Shown here: positions 9,878 to 21,058 of the stretch, one piece after another
Layout: each line of letters opens with the position of its first letter
How positions within the stretch are numbered: the stretch's first letter is position 1
IMG/VR virus record: IMGVR_UViG_3300008261_000027
Location: 54,318 to 118,317 of that record
DNA length: 64,000 nucleotides
Reading direction: 5' to 3' (one strand)
Source: a virus
Position numbers and translations under genes: made by a program
Notes under the pieces: model-generated
The model's input: the letters and a program-made list of their open reading frames with translations, nothing else
What the model was told of the DNA's origin: nothing
Databases searched by the model: none

Positions 9878-10479
9878 TATTTCTTAATATGATTATACAT
9901 TATTTCTGATATATCCGTTATGTCTTTATAATTATTGTGTTTAAGTAGATTAATTATATGACTAATCATGTTTTTAAGGGTACTCAACGGCATATTTTTA
10001 TATGGTTTAACTAAACTGGATGAATTTAATTTTATTTTATCGCCGTATAATGATTGTATTTGTCTGACTTTTCTAATACCAAATTCATCAGCAACATCTT
10101 CAACATCTTTTACAAATTTTGCGGCTTTATCTAGACTAATTTCACCAGTATATATTTTATACATCACATCAATACCATATTTTTTAAATTGATATTGATG
10201 GGCTATTTCATGAAAGAGAACAAATAAAAAAAATGAAAAATCGCTACGAAGTACATTATTATTAATTAACACTCTATCATGTAAAGAAACCCCCGCAGCC
10301 GGGTAATTGAAGTCCCTAAATTCAATTCTCTGGCAATTTGATTTTTTTATAAAATCTGAAATTGTTTCCATCGCATAAACAGAATCGGGATATACCTCAC
10401 TAACCTTACTCATAAAGTCATCGAGACCTACTTGTTCCATCAGTAAATTATATTGATTTTCTTTTACTAATATTTTCAT
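9877..10479 (-). CDS. Zincin-like metallopeptidase (HExxH)
   Basis: LFHEIAHQY plus downstream EDVADEF; likely start MKILVKENQY at 10479. Confidence 0.7.
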   Translation of the reverse strand: MKILVKENQYNLLMEQVGLDDFMSKVSEVYPDSVYAMETISDFIKKSNCQRIEFRDFNYPAAGVSLHDRVLINNNVLRSDFSFFLFVLFHEIAHQYQFKKYGIDVMYKIYTGEISLDKAAKFVKDVEDVADEFGIRKVRQIQSLYGDKIKLNSSSLVKPYKNMPLSTLKNMISHIINLLKHNNYKDITDISEIMYNHIKK

Positions 10480-10480
10480 T

Positions 10481-10993
10481 TTATACCCCTCTAAATTCTT
10501 GATTTTGAGCAATAGCACAAGTTATTGTTCTGTAGTATGGTTTATGGCCAAATAAATTATGTTTATTATCAGACGTAACCTTACCGTCATTAGTTACTGT
10601 ATAGTATCTAACTTTATCCTCAGATTCTGGATATCCAATATAATCACCATAACTTATGTCAATACCTAATTCTTGTAAATGTTTCAAATAAACAGAAAGA
10701 GTTAGATTACCTGGCTCAAGGTATCTTAACATACCGCCCTTATAACCACTATTTTTAGGTTCCTCAATTTTAACCAAAGCATTAAACTCAATTGGTGGGA
10801 AATATTTAATCTCATCTAAGCCAACCTCACCATAAACATCGTCTTTATCGGTCTTTTGTCTATCAACACGATAAAGTACTAGTTTCATATTAATATCACC
10901 ATGAAGGTATTCTTGACCAACATTTATTTGAAAATCAAAGTCTTCCTGAGAGAAAAATTTACTTAATCTACTTATTGGTAGTTTATTATCCAT
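10481..10993 (-). CDS. Neck / head closure protein (T4 gp14-like)
   Basis: DDVYGE motif, I..GD.I; structural gene context with late motif upstream. Confidence 0.6.
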   Translation of the reverse strand: MDNKLPISRLSKFFSQEDFDFQINVGQEYLHGDINMKLVLYRVDRQKTDKDDVYGEVGLDEIKYFPPIEFNALVKIEEPKNSGYKGGMLRYLEPGNLTLSVYLKHLQELGIDISYGDYIGYPESEDKVRYYTVTNDGKVTSDNKHNLFGHKPYYRTITCAIAQNQEFRGV

Positions 10994-11043
10994 AACAATA
11001 AATAGTTTAATTTATGTTTGGATTTAGTTATATTATAGATAAT

Positions 11044-12795
11044 ATGGAAACTAAAATACCCGAAATAGTTGCGAAAGAAATATTATTTTCATATTCTGGA
11101 TCAAACAATCATTTGCTTGATTTAAAAAGAAAATTATTAGAAAACGACGTTTTTAACCTGACAAGGACTCAGGCTGATTATATTATAAAATATGAAAAAA
11201 CCATTCCTAAAGTAGCTAGGAAACACGTTAAGATATTTGAATCTTTTGCTGAAAAGTTAAGTCAAGAAAAATTCTTACCAAGAATCCCAGAGGAAATTTG
11301 GGTTGAAAAGTTGCTTTGTGAAACAGATAAAGCATATCATATATGGGGTAAAGTTTTAGAACACGAAAAATTGCATTCTTTTTGGATACCAAAAATGGCT
11401 ATTGTACAAGAAGAAAAAAAATTAAATCGCGAAATTGATTATTCTCCATACGATGTTAGACCACCAATGGAACACCAAAAAACGGCAATTGAAAAACTAT
11501 TGGCAAACGATAGATTTATTTTAGCTGATGATATGGGTCTTGGTAAAACTACTGCCGCGGTTATTGCTGCTTTGGAAAGTGGCGCAAAAAAAATATTAAT
11601 TGTATGCCCAGCATCTTTAAAAATAAACTGGGAAAGAGAAATTAAAAACTATACAAATAGAAGGATATTATTAATTGAAGGTAAAAAATGGGGATCAACG
11701 TTCGATTTTTATATCATCAATTATGATATTCTAAAAAACTTTCATACTACAGATAAATCTGAAGATAGTGAGGCATATAAATTAATAACAAATGAAAATT
11801 TTGATTTAGCCATAGTTGATGAAGCTCACTATATATCAAACTCAACCGCTCAAAGAACAAAGTTATTAAACGATATTCTAGATAAAATACCAAAGGTTTG
11901 GTTATTAACCGGAACACCAATGACATCTAGACCAATTAACTATTATAATTTATTGAATATTGTTGGTTCTCCATTGGCATTAAATTGGCAAAGTTATGTT
12001 AGAAGATATTGCGCTGGTTATCAATTTAAAGTAGGTACAAGAAAAGTTTGGAATACGAGTGGCGCATCTAATCTAGATGAATTAAGGGAAAAAACTAAAA
12101 ATCTTGTTTTAAGAAGAATGAAAACGGATATATTAGATTTACCCGAAAAAATCATATCTCCGGTTTATCTTGAGTTAAAAAATACTTTTTATGATGATGA
12201 ATTGGAAGATTTTATGAGGATAACCAAAGAAAACAGGCAAAATGAAAGTATTAGTGTTACTTTAAATAGATTGATGAAAATTAGACAATTAATCGCTATT
12301 GAAAAGGTTCCATACACTTGTGAGTTAATTGACAAATTCATTGAACAAGATAAGAAAGTAATTGTTTTTACTAATTTCACTGCAACGCTTGATGAAATTC
12401 ATCAAAAATATAAAAAGAATTCAGTTGTATTAGATGGTAGAATGAGTAAAGAAAAAAGACAAGAAAGTGTTGACAAGTTTCAAAATAACGATAAAGTAAA
12501 AGTTTTTATTTCAAATATAATTGCAGGTGGTGTCGGAATTACGTTAACTGCAGCAGAAACTGTTATAATGAACGATCTTTCATTCGTCCCGGCCCATCAT
12601 TCCCAAGCCGAAGATAGAGCATATCGTTATGGTCAAAAAAACAGCGTGCTTGTGTATTATCCTGTTTTTGAAAATACTATAGAAATGCAAATTTATAATA
12701 TTTTACAAAAGAAAAAAGGAATTATCGACCAAGTTATGGGGGATGGAGAATTCGGAGATACCTTTGCTAAAGAATTACTGAAAGATTTGTTCTAA
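11044..12795 (+). CDS. SNF2-family (SMARCAL1-like) helicase
   Basis: LADDMGLGKT, VCPASL, DEAH, LTGTP, QAEDRAYRYGQ. Confidence 0.93.
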   Translation: METKIPEIVAKEILFSYSGSNNHLLDLKRKLLENDVFNLTRTQADYIIKYEKTIPKVARKHVKIFESFAEKLSQEKFLPRIPEEIWVEKLLCETDKAYHIWGKVLEHEKLHSFWIPKMAIVQEEKKLNREIDYSPYDVRPPMEHQKTAIEKLLANDRFILADDMGLGKTTAAVIAALESGAKKILIVCPASLKINWEREIKNYTNRRILLIEGKKWGSTFDFYIINYDILKNFHTTDKSEDSEAYKLITNENFDLAIVDEAHYISNSTAQRTKLLNDILDKIPKVWLLTGTPMTSRPINYYNLLNIVGSPLALNWQSYVRRYCAGYQFKVGTRKVWNTSGASNLDELREKTKNLVLRRMKTDILDLPEKIISPVYLELKNTFYDDELEDFMRITKENRQNESISVTLNRLMKIRQLIAIEKVPYTCELIDKFIEQDKKVIVFTNFTATLDEIHQKYKKNSVVLDGRMSKEKRQESVDKFQNNDKVKVFISNIIAGGVGITLTAAETVIMNDLSFVPAHHSQAEDRAYRYGQKNSVLVYYPVFENTIEMQIYNILQKKKGIIDQVMGDGEFGDTFAKELLKDLF

Positions 12796-12826
12796 TTTAT
12801 GTATTTATTATATAAAGAAGAATTTA

Positions 12827-13939
12827 ATGAGTACAGTAATTAGTGCTACGGAAAAAGACAAACTATATACCCAAGTTTTACATTTGCTTGGAATGCCCAT
12901 TAGAGGCGTTGAATTGACTGAAGAACAAATGGATTCGTTTGTTGAAATGTCTATTAATGAATACGAACAATTAGTTAATGATTGGTTAATAGAGTCACAA
13001 TGGTCAGCTCTTGTTGGTTTGGATGTAGATACTCAATCTTTAAGTAGGGCTTTTACAACTAGAAGTTTAGATTACGAAACACAATACTCACATGCATATT
13101 CTAAAATCGTTGGTTTACAAGCTGGAGGTAACTGGGAATTAAAAAAGGACTACATAACACTTAGCGGAGGTACTCAAATGTATCAAGTACCCGCTGGAAG
13201 AGAAATAAACGAACTTCTTTGGTTTACTAGAGCTGAATTAACAGACTCTATTGTAGATCCATTTATAGGTGGATTTGGTGGCTTAGGCGGTGTTGGATTT
13301 GGTGGTGTTGGTGGTTTTGCACAGGTCGGTGCTTCCGGCTCATATTTTATGTTACCGGCATTTGACCTTTTATTAAGAATGCAAGATAGAAATATTAAAA
13401 ACCGTTTAATTGGTGGTGATTTAACATATAGAATAACAGCGGGCCCTAACGGAACAAAATACATTCACTTAGCAAATGTTCCTGGTGGTAAATTTGATTT
13501 TGGTTCAATTCAAAGTAATACTAGAGTTTGGTATTGGTACTATGACACAATGGATAGAGATACATGCTTAGATGAAAACAAAGACGTTGTAAAACTACCT
13601 TCTGATGTTATGACAGAACAACTTACTTGGGACGAATTAAATCGACCAGCCCAAAACTGGGTTAGAAAATATTTGACAAGTTACTGTAAAGAAACTCTGG
13701 GTAGAATTTATGGTAAATTCTCTGGTGATTTAAAAGTTCCCGATAGTGATGTTAAATTAGACTATACTTCATTATTAACCGAAGCAAAAGACGAAAGATT
13801 AAAACTGAACGAAGAATTAATGTTACGATTAGAAAGACTTCGTCCAGATAAAATGCTTGAGAGAAAGGGTAGTGAAGCAGAGAATTTAAACAAGGCTCTA
13901 AAATATAGAGCCATGCCAAATCCTTTTAATGTTATTTAA
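12827..13939 (+). CDS. Neck protein (T4 gp13-like head-tail adaptor)
   Basis: LG.P...VELTEEQ, WVRKY...CKETLG...GKF, LLTEA; late motif upstream. Confidence 0.75.
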   Translation: MSTVISATEKDKLYTQVLHLLGMPIRGVELTEEQMDSFVEMSINEYEQLVNDWLIESQWSALVGLDVDTQSLSRAFTTRSLDYETQYSHAYSKIVGLQAGGNWELKKDYITLSGGTQMYQVPAGREINELLWFTRAELTDSIVDPFIGGFGGLGGVGFGGVGGFAQVGASGSYFMLPAFDLLLRMQDRNIKNRLIGGDLTYRITAGPNGTKYIHLANVPGGKFDFGSIQSNTRVWYWYYDTMDRDTCLDENKDVVKLPSDVMTEQLTWDELNRPAQNWVRKYLTSYCKETLGRIYGKFSGDLKVPDSDVKLDYTSLLTEAKDERLKLNEELMLRLERLRPDKMLERKGSEAENLNKALKYRAMPNPFNVI

Positions 13940-16845
13940 TCTACCGGTATTGATGCATGAAATGCATAATCGTGTGCATTTCTTTCGATAGTGTCATCAT
14001 CATCCACAGTATCCTTAACACTTTTTTCCTGGAATTTGACAACCTTTCGATTGTATTCAACCCAACTTTGGTCAACATGTTCGATACTGTCTTCAACATA
14101 CATAAAGAACGGATCTTTATTAATTTTATTCCAAAAAATAACCTCACCGTCTGATAATGTCATAACTTCATCTAGGCTATCCTGCCCCTCAGCCTTTAGA
14201 GGATACCCTGAAACCAACTCACATTGTTTTTTTGTGAAATAAACTCTGTCTTTTGGATCTTCAATTAAAATATCTTCTCTAATTTCAGGATTAAAAACAA
14301 CAAGAAGAGGTTCTATTCTTTTATTAAAAATACTAATATATCTAGAAGCATTATAATCTCCAGTCATATTTGGATTATCCATCAATTCTTTTTCAGTAAT
14401 CATAAAAGAATTTATTTGAATGTATCCTGCTGGCATAGGTCTACCATATTCTTCCAAAAACTTCTCGTTTTGTTTTTTTGTTGGCTTTGTTACTTTTTGA
14501 ACATCTCCATCAGTTTTTTTCTCACCATTATTAACATAATAGATTGTTTCGCCAAGTGTTGCTGGATAGTTATTTTTTAAAACCAATTCCATGTGTGCTT
14601 GCCTTGACATAGTCGCCCCAGACTTAGTAGTCTTCTGACAATGTTTTCTATATTCTTCAACACTTTGTTTAACTCTCGCTTTATTTGCTATTTTCTCTAA
14701 TGGCATTTGTTTGTTGTAGATTTTTTCAATCGTATCATAATATAGATTTAGAAATTCTACACCATCACCATTAAGCAAATGAGTTAAACCCTCATCTAAA
14801 AAGTCAACAACATATGATTGTAACTTTTTTGATTTAATTGTATTCCCGGTTAGTTTAATTTTTTCTTTACCCTTTTTTATAAGCTTAATGATATAATTTT
14901 TTCTAGATATGTTAATACATGCGGGTGCTGTATAATCAATATCTAAACCCATCTCATTCCTCATAAAAATATCATTAAACTCTGCCGTATCAGCTTCAAC
15001 ACCAGAATACTCTTTACCAGATTCAACCATTTCATTATTACCAACACCGATATATTTGTGTGTTTCTATATCAGAAGGCATTTCAAAGTTTACGCCGTCC
15101 GTATCCATTACAAGAGGTTTATATCCTTTCTTCATAAAGAACATAATCATCATGCGTAAACATTGTCTTCCGGTACATGTAATGGTTTCGCCCATATTCA
15201 TATCAGCCCATGGAAATACTTGTGGCGCTGATAATGATCCAAAATATGCGTTAATAAAAATCTTAATTGGTAATTGTTTACGATCGTACATTTCAGATTG
15301 TTGTGGATCTTTATCCTTTAACTCACCAGCCAATCTTTTATATAGAATACGAACATTTCTAAAATATTTTAACATTGATTTTTGAACACCCATGATATCA
15401 CAATCTGGAAACACATCATAAACAAGTTGGATTGATGGATATAGTGAAGCGTAGTCAAACTTAACAATGTTTTTAGAGTAACCAACATTTAACAAACGAG
15501 ACAATCCACCAGTTATTGATCTTTTTTCATCCTTTAATGGTATTGCAAGATTATTTTCATAACTCCATGCTAACATTAATACTTTCCAAAGAGTTGCGGT
15601 ACCCATTGTTGCAATTCTTTCATATGTTGTTGGGATAACTTTTGATAACAAAAATGTTGATTGTGAGAAAGAATCATCAACAATCATTGTTTCATACAAG
15701 TCGTCGTCAAGATATTGTTCAACAATTTTTCTACCGGGCCATATTTCAAACTTTCCTGGATACTTTTCTAAAAGACCTTCAGTACCGGGCTCGCCAATTT
15801 TCTTATAGTTACCTGTTTTGGGATTAACGTAGTGACTTTCATTATCAAGATATATTTTTGATATGAACGCACCATCAACATAAACACGATTTGATTTTTC
15901 TTTTTCCAAATATTTTGTAATATACTTCAAACCCCAAGATTTAATCTCAGAGTTAATAGCCTGTGCTCGTCTAACAGCATGAGCAATATCGATAGTGCTA
16001 AATCCCCACATAACATATTGTGTATATGGTTCAACTTCATTAGCTAATTTCAAACTACCTTCTTTTACTTTTATTGGTTGGTTATTAAAAATTTTAGTTA
16101 ATTCCCTAACATCAACACCAAGTATTTCAGCTCTTTTTAAAATAAAAGGTAAGTCAAAAGCAGCTGAGTTATATCCACCAATAATTGTAGGCTTTAGTTC
16201 TTTAATAATCTCAAAAAACTGTATAATACATTCTTTTTCACCATCTTCGCCAAAAGCATTTAAAAGTTTTCTATAACCTCGATTATCTTTAAGACCAATC
16301 AAAATTATTTTTTCTTTTTCTGGGTCTAAACCAGTTGTCTCAATATCATATACCAATCTGTGTATATCTGAATAATCCTCAAAACCTTTAAACAATCTTT
16401 TACCTTTTTGAATCAAGTATTGTTCTGCAATAGATAATATTTGAAACTGAGATTTAAATTTATCACCCCAAGGGTCTATACCACCTTCCTTAAAAAAAGA
16501 AATTAATTCGCGATATCCCTTTATACTCTTAACTAGATATTTTAATCCAGCTTCTAGTCTTTCATTACCACCGGTCTCCAGTTTTACTGAAACTATACCA
16601 TATTCGGTCATTTTCTTTTTTTGTAGAGACTTACTACCGCCATAAAAATTAAAGTCTGTTAAGTCCCCAGCCCACAAAAACGGTACAAATGTATCTTCAA
16701 TAAAATACTTTCCGTGTTCTGGGTCTTGAATAATCTTAAAAATTGTGTTTGATTTGTAATCGTATTCAATACCTACGATATACTTTTCTGGATCTGAACC
16801 ATTTAGGAAGTTTTCTATAACTTCCTGAGAAATAACCTCTTGCAT
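13936..16845 (-). CDS. polB: DNA polymerase, family B
   Basis: ExoI YDIETTG, ExoII GYNSAAFD, motif A FDYASLYPSI, motif B KIFINAYFG, motif C MDTDG. Confidence 0.96.
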   Translation of the reverse strand: MQEVISQEVIENFLNGSDPEKYIVGIEYDYKSNTIFKIIQDPEHGKYFIEDTFVPFLWAGDLTDFNFYGGSKSLQKKKMTEYGIVSVKLETGGNERLEAGLKYLVKSIKGYRELISFFKEGGIDPWGDKFKSQFQILSIAEQYLIQKGKRLFKGFEDYSDIHRLVYDIETTGLDPEKEKIILIGLKDNRGYRKLLNAFGEDGEKECIIQFFEIIKELKPTIIGGYNSAAFDLPFILKRAEILGVDVRELTKIFNNQPIKVKEGSLKLANEVEPYTQYVMWGFSTIDIAHAVRRAQAINSEIKSWGLKYITKYLEKEKSNRVYVDGAFISKIYLDNESHYVNPKTGNYKKIGEPGTEGLLEKYPGKFEIWPGRKIVEQYLDDDLYETMIVDDSFSQSTFLLSKVIPTTYERIATMGTATLWKVLMLAWSYENNLAIPLKDEKRSITGGLSRLLNVGYSKNIVKFDYASLYPSIQLVYDVFPDCDIMGVQKSMLKYFRNVRILYKRLAGELKDKDPQQSEMYDRKQLPIKIFINAYFGSLSAPQVFPWADMNMGETITCTGRQCLRMMIMFFMKKGYKPLVMDTDGVNFEMPSDIETHKYIGVGNNEMVESGKEYSGVEADTAEFNDIFMRNEMGLDIDYTAPACINISRKNYIIKLIKKGKEKIKLTGNTIKSKKLQSYVVDFLDEGLTHLLNGDGVEFLNLYYDTIEKIYNKQMPLEKIANKARVKQSVEEYRKHCQKTTKSGATMSRQAHMELVLKNNYPATLGETIYYVNNGEKKTDGDVQKVTKPTKKQNEKFLEEYGRPMPAGYIQINSFMITEKELMDNPNMTGDYNASRYISIFNKRIEPLLVVFNPEIREDILIEDPKDRVYFTKKQCELVSGYPLKAEGQDSLDEVMTLSDGEVIFWNKINKDPFFMYVEDSIEHVDQSWVEYNRKVVKFQEKSVKDTVDDDDTIERNAHDYAFHASIPVD

Positions 16846-16875
16846 GTTTTTACTGTTTAAATTGACACATTAGCT

Positions 16876-16891
16876 TACCAGCAAGCTGGTA
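16876..16891 (-). promoter_or_regulatory. Hairpin in the polB 5' leader
   Basis: UACCAG-CUUG-CUGGUA about 30 nt upstream of the polB ATG; no U-tract. Confidence 0.5.
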
Positions 16892-16939
16892 GTTAGCCTT
16901 TACTCAGTAAAAATAAGAAATTTTATGGAAATAAAAAAA

Positions 16940-17308
16940 TTAAATAATATTGATATATAACTTTTCTTTTATTGGTAGAATAAGTTTTGTTGTTGGATTT
17001 GAATTAGTATCTAAAAATTGTACAATAACCTTACCCTCATATTTTCCAGATATTTGAGTTTGAGCCTCAGTAAATCTATATGTTATATAATATTCTAATG
17101 TTGTTTGATCATATTTTTTAGTTCTTGTCGTTAACAAACATTCACCATTTAAAATATGAGGTTCCCCTGTTTTGTGATCATACATTTCAAAGGTTATATC
17201 AGAATTTTCCAATAAATCATTAAACGAGGATTTATCGTTTTTTGCATCATCGATTAATTTCATTTTTAATATTGGGTCTGATGCCCCCTGTCTAATGTAA
17301 AATTCCAT
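16940..17308 (-). CDS. BppU-like (baseplate upper protein N-terminal) structural protein
   Basis: FYIRQG..P.L...L, Y.FT..QT...G.Y.G...V.F pattern. Confidence 0.55.
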   Translation of the reverse strand: MEFYIRQGASDPILKMKLIDDAKNDKSSFNDLLENSDITFEMYDHKTGEPHILNGECLLTTRTKKYDQTTLEYYITYRFTEAQTQISGKYEGKVIVQFLDTNSNPTTKLILPIKEKLYINII

Positions 17309-17320
17309 ATTTTATAAATA

Positions 17321-18310
17321 TTATGTTAATCTAATCATTACAAAACTACCACTTCTATAAAGACCCTGTAATGGGACACCCGCTGCGGAGGCTTCAATAT
17401 CGTTGTTAAAACTTGACGTCACTTGTGATAATATAGTAAACCCATCTACTTTTAATTCGTCTTGAAGTTTAACACTACCACTAAACTCATATAGATAACC
17501 AGGTGTAACAGAGTTTGTGTTAAAAGAAATTTCACTACCAGTATGAACCGTTATTTGTGGATTCTCCCAACTATTATTTGCAAATAATTTTAATTCAGCT
17601 GGATGAGACGCTCCACCAACAGTTCCAACATATAAATCTTTACCAACATTTAGCAAATACGCATCATTTTCATACCCAACATATCCACCATTGTATGTAC
17701 TTGAGTTAATACCCAGATTAACAAAATGAACAGTTTCATTTCCATTATCGGCTGTAACAACAATGTCACCACTCGCCAAACTACTAGAATTAGTGTTTGT
17801 AATATTAACTTGAGCGTAATATTCGTTATTAGCTTCAAAATGCGCAATATTAAAACTACCTGAATTTTTTACATGTAATTTTGGTGTATTTGGACCATTA
17901 GTTATTACGGGTTCCCCAATAACAACAGATCCAGAAATATACATACCTTCATTATTCCATATTCCATTAGTTATAATACTACCAGATACTCGTAAAGATC
18001 CTGTAAATCCATGGATATCATCTGAACTATTACCAAAATTAGATGAACCACTTATAGTTTCTGTAGTGATATTTGTTATTGATGAACTTAAAATATATTG
18101 TTGTGCCGTAATTGACCCACTAATTGTTAAGTTACCATTTATAACTTGACTTCCTGTGAATACATGTGACCCACTATCAACAAGCTTCTGTCTTAAATTT
18201 GACAAACTATGTTGGTACGTTATTCCTGAATAAACAACGGCTGTTAATCCACTTAAAGGTAAGTTTGATAAGGAACCGCTTGATAATTGTGATATTTTTT
18301 TTCCTGCCAT
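17321..18310 (-). CDS. Tail fibre-like protein
   Basis: N-terminal KKISQL; repeated FTGS..ISGS beta motifs; C-terminal GLYRSG. Confidence 0.6.
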   Translation of the reverse strand: MAGKKISQLSSGSLSNLPLSGLTAVVYSGITYQHSLSNLRQKLVDSGSHVFTGSQVINGNLTISGSITAQQYILSSSITNITTETISGSSNFGNSSDDIHGFTGSLRVSGSIITNGIWNNEGMYISGSVVIGEPVITNGPNTPKLHVKNSGSFNIAHFEANNEYYAQVNITNTNSSSLASGDIVVTADNGNETVHFVNLGINSSTYNGGYVGYENDAYLLNVGKDLYVGTVGGASHPAELKLFANNSWENPQITVHTGSEISFNTNSVTPGYLYEFSGSVKLQDELKVDGFTILSQVTSSFNNDIEASAAGVPLQGLYRSGSFVMIRLT

Positions 18311-18324
18311 TTATATAAATATTT

Positions 18325-19770
18325 TTAATAAATAATTACGTTATTGTCTTCGGTTAATCCGTATTCACTATCTTCTAATAAAATACCAGTAGAATAATAA
18401 CCTATTAAATCATCCTCACAGTCTTGTCCACATATGAAAAAGTCGTATTGGTTTAGTCTAGTAATGAAATTATGTCTAACATGAACAAAATCTAACGGTT
18501 CTTCATAATATTTTATTGATTTTATATTAAAACAACAAACGCCATTATGTATATTACCCATTAAGCCAGTTCCACCACCCCAAGATTGTATAAATGGTTG
18601 ACTACCTCTTTTAGATGGAACAATTTCTTCCCAATTTTCTAGTTTATATATTGGCCTACCATTTAAGTATATTTTAAGAGTACCAAGTCTTCTACTTTTC
18701 TCATCCGCCCATTTTTTATTTAACTCTTCTATAGTTTCCGAATATGTTACCAGCTGTGTCGATGTAACTGCAGTTATTTCTGTGTCCTGATATGGATTAA
18801 TTTTCCACCCAACTAAATCATTCCAGCCACCATCATTTTCAATATCACAGTCAGTGTACCTCTTGTATCTATCAAATACAATAGTAATATTAAAATCTTT
18901 TGTATCACCAGTAGTACACAATTGTGGTGTCTGACCAGACGCTATATAATATGATTCTCCATATCCTGAATTGGTTTGACAATATCCAGAATAATGATGA
19001 GCAACCCACTTTATTCTTCTATCTGATGTAAATTGAAAAGAAAGGTTATTATCGGCATATTCAGACGCATTCAGACTTCCTCTAGTCCCAAAGTAATAAA
19101 ACACACCACCACTTGACCATGGTAAAGATTCTCTATTGAAAATAAAATCGAGAGTCCATCCTTTTTCAGTTCGCCTAGAAATATGGTTAGTACATCCAGT
19201 TAAAACTGGCTCCATAAACTGATAAGCCCACGGCTTGTTATTAAGTTTATTTGGAAATGGACAACAACTGGTTTCACTACCCAATCTTTCAACGCATTTT
19301 AAAACTTGGGCCGTAAATCCGGTTATTAATTCACTTTCTGAAGACACACCAAAATCAGTATCATAACTTTGGCTCTGATTATACCCCTGAATCGAGAAAT
19401 AATGTGTTTCATCTGTTATTCCCGTATAAAAAAACACATTATCATTTAATATCTTATGTACAAATGTATTTGAAATATGATTAGTAAAATTAGTATAATT
19501 AACAGTTGCGGTTAAACCGGAATATATATAATCCGGATCATCAGCACTATAATCAATTTCATATAAAGTTATGGTATTTCTTCCACACGAAAAGTCTTCT
19601 AAATCTGTGTTTATTTTTAAAGAACTATAGGTTATCGGTGTAGATAAATCCAATACATCCGTATCAAAATCCGTCTCCACCTTTGTTATCTCATAGTCAT
19701 AAAATTCAGACGAATCCAATTTAGCGTCCAATTTTGTACCAAAAAACTTTAAAATGTTCTGTGTATTCAT
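18325..19770 (-). CDS. Virion structural protein with ConA/LamG-like domain
   Basis: GWTLDF, LKIYLNG, IKSIKYYEEPL; C-terminal LLED..LTED motif. Confidence 0.5.
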   Translation of the reverse strand: MNTQNILKFFGTKLDAKLDSSEFYDYEITKVETDFDTDVLDLSTPITYSSLKINTDLEDFSCGRNTITLYEIDYSADDPDYIYSGLTATVNYTNFTNHISNTFVHKILNDNVFFYTGITDETHYFSIQGYNQSQSYDTDFGVSSESELITGFTAQVLKCVERLGSETSCCPFPNKLNNKPWAYQFMEPVLTGCTNHISRRTEKGWTLDFIFNRESLPWSSGGVFYYFGTRGSLNASEYADNNLSFQFTSDRRIKWVAHHYSGYCQTNSGYGESYYIASGQTPQLCTTGDTKDFNITIVFDRYKRYTDCDIENDGGWNDLVGWKINPYQDTEITAVTSTQLVTYSETIEELNKKWADEKSRRLGTLKIYLNGRPIYKLENWEEIVPSKRGSQPFIQSWGGGTGLMGNIHNGVCCFNIKSIKYYEEPLDFVHVRHNFITRLNQYDFFICGQDCEDDLIGYYSTGILLEDSEYGLTEDNNVIIY

Positions 19771-19776
19771 ATTTCT

Positions 19777-19807
19777 ATAAATATCTTTCCCTCTGTTTGA
19801 TATTTAT
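19777..19807. promoter_or_regulatory. Back-to-back late promoter motifs (TATTTAT on each sense strand)
   Basis: ATAAATA at 19777-83 upstream of 19770(-), and TATTTAT at 19801-07 upstream of 19824(+). Confidence 0.65.
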
Positions 19808-19823
19808 ATAAAAATATGATTCA

Positions 19824-20567
19824 ATGAATAATTTTATTAAACAGGTTATAGAAGAAAAATTCGCATCAAAGGCTCAGCAAAGATATTTCTATGCTCAAGC
19901 TGGAAAAGGTGGTAAAAAGGGTAAAAAGTGGGCTAAATGGGCTAAAGAATTTTCAAGTAAAACCGATTTTGATCAAATACCTGATAAAATTGAAAATGAA
20001 GATGAAATTGAGGAAATTGTCGATGACAAGGGTAATATTAAAAGAGGTGAAATTCCTTTAAACTCAAAAAAATCTTCAATAGGCTCCAAAGAAAGAACTG
20101 AAAAGGTAGTTAAAAGTGGAGCTGGTGCAATGGGTGTACATGGCGTGCACGGAACTCATACAACTTTAAAGTATTGGGCTGAAAGTAAAGAGGTTAAAGA
20201 AATTGCAATGGGCGACTCATTGGGATATGATAAAAGTATGCGTCGAGATTTACCATATAAAAAGGCACTTAAATATTTTACAACTGAACTTGGTTTACCC
20301 GAAGATGAAGCTAAAGAAAGATTAGAAACTATGGGTTATATCCCCGGAGAAGAGGATGTTGTTAGATTAGTTGAAAACCCAAATCAATTTGTTAGTGATT
20401 ATTTAGAAAGCGTTTTAGTTAAAAAGTCCAAAGAAAATGAAATTATGGATAATAAAAATAAAAATGTTAATCCAATAATTTTAAAACAAATACAATCTTT
20501 GAAAAAAAGTGCAGAAAAAAATAATATGTCATTAGATGAAATTATAAATCAATTAAAAGGTGAATAG
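19824..20567 (+). CDS. Hypothetical protein (possible internal head protein)
   Basis: 247 aa; EKFASKAQQRYFY motif; several I/L-x-E sites. Confidence 0.6.
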   Translation: MNNFIKQVIEEKFASKAQQRYFYAQAGKGGKKGKKWAKWAKEFSSKTDFDQIPDKIENEDEIEEIVDDKGNIKRGEIPLNSKKSSIGSKERTEKVVKSGAGAMGVHGVHGTHTTLKYWAESKEVKEIAMGDSLGYDKSMRRDLPYKKALKYFTTELGLPEDEAKERLETMGYIPGEEDVVRLVENPNQFVSDYLESVLVKKSKENEIMDNKNKNVNPIILKQIQSLKKSAEKNNMSLDEIINQLKGE

Positions 20568-21057
20568 TCAACTTAAAGATAATGTTTACAATGTTCCAAA
20601 TGACATATTAGAGAAAATCAGTTCGACTCTTTCTAATGTGAGTGACGGATCTATGCACGGGGTACAAAGAGCAAAAACATTGTGTTCAGAAAAAAAAGTA
20701 ACATATGGCCAATTAAAAAGAATTATTCACGATATGTCTACTATAGATAAGGATAATGACAAATTAAGATATGAATTATACGGTGGTGAATTAATGGAGA
20801 AATGGGCTAAATCATTTTTAGATCAACAAAGATCTCATTTGAAAAATAAAAAAATGGCTAGCCACAAGATCAATAATAATACCGGGATAAACGGTATAAG
20901 AAAAAATCCTTTTATAAAAAACCACGAAAAAAGGGATACAACCAAAATACCAACCAATTTTTTAAAGAGTAATTCAGATGAAACATCCGTTTCACCAATT
21001 ATGTCTCTAGGAATTTTTGAAGAAATTAAAAGAATAAAAAAAATAATAAATTATTAA
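20560..21057 (+). CDS. Hypothetical protein
   Basis: 165 aa; C-terminal IFEEIKRIKKII. Confidence 0.6.
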   Translation: MNSQLKDNVYNVPNDILEKISSTLSNVSDGSMHGVQRAKTLCSEKKVTYGQLKRIIHDMSTIDKDNDKLRYELYGGELMEKWAKSFLDQQRSHLKNKKMASHKINNNTGINGIRKNPFIKNHEKRDTTKIPTNFLKSNSDETSVSPIMSLGIFEEIKRIKKIINY

Positions 21058-21058
21058 G

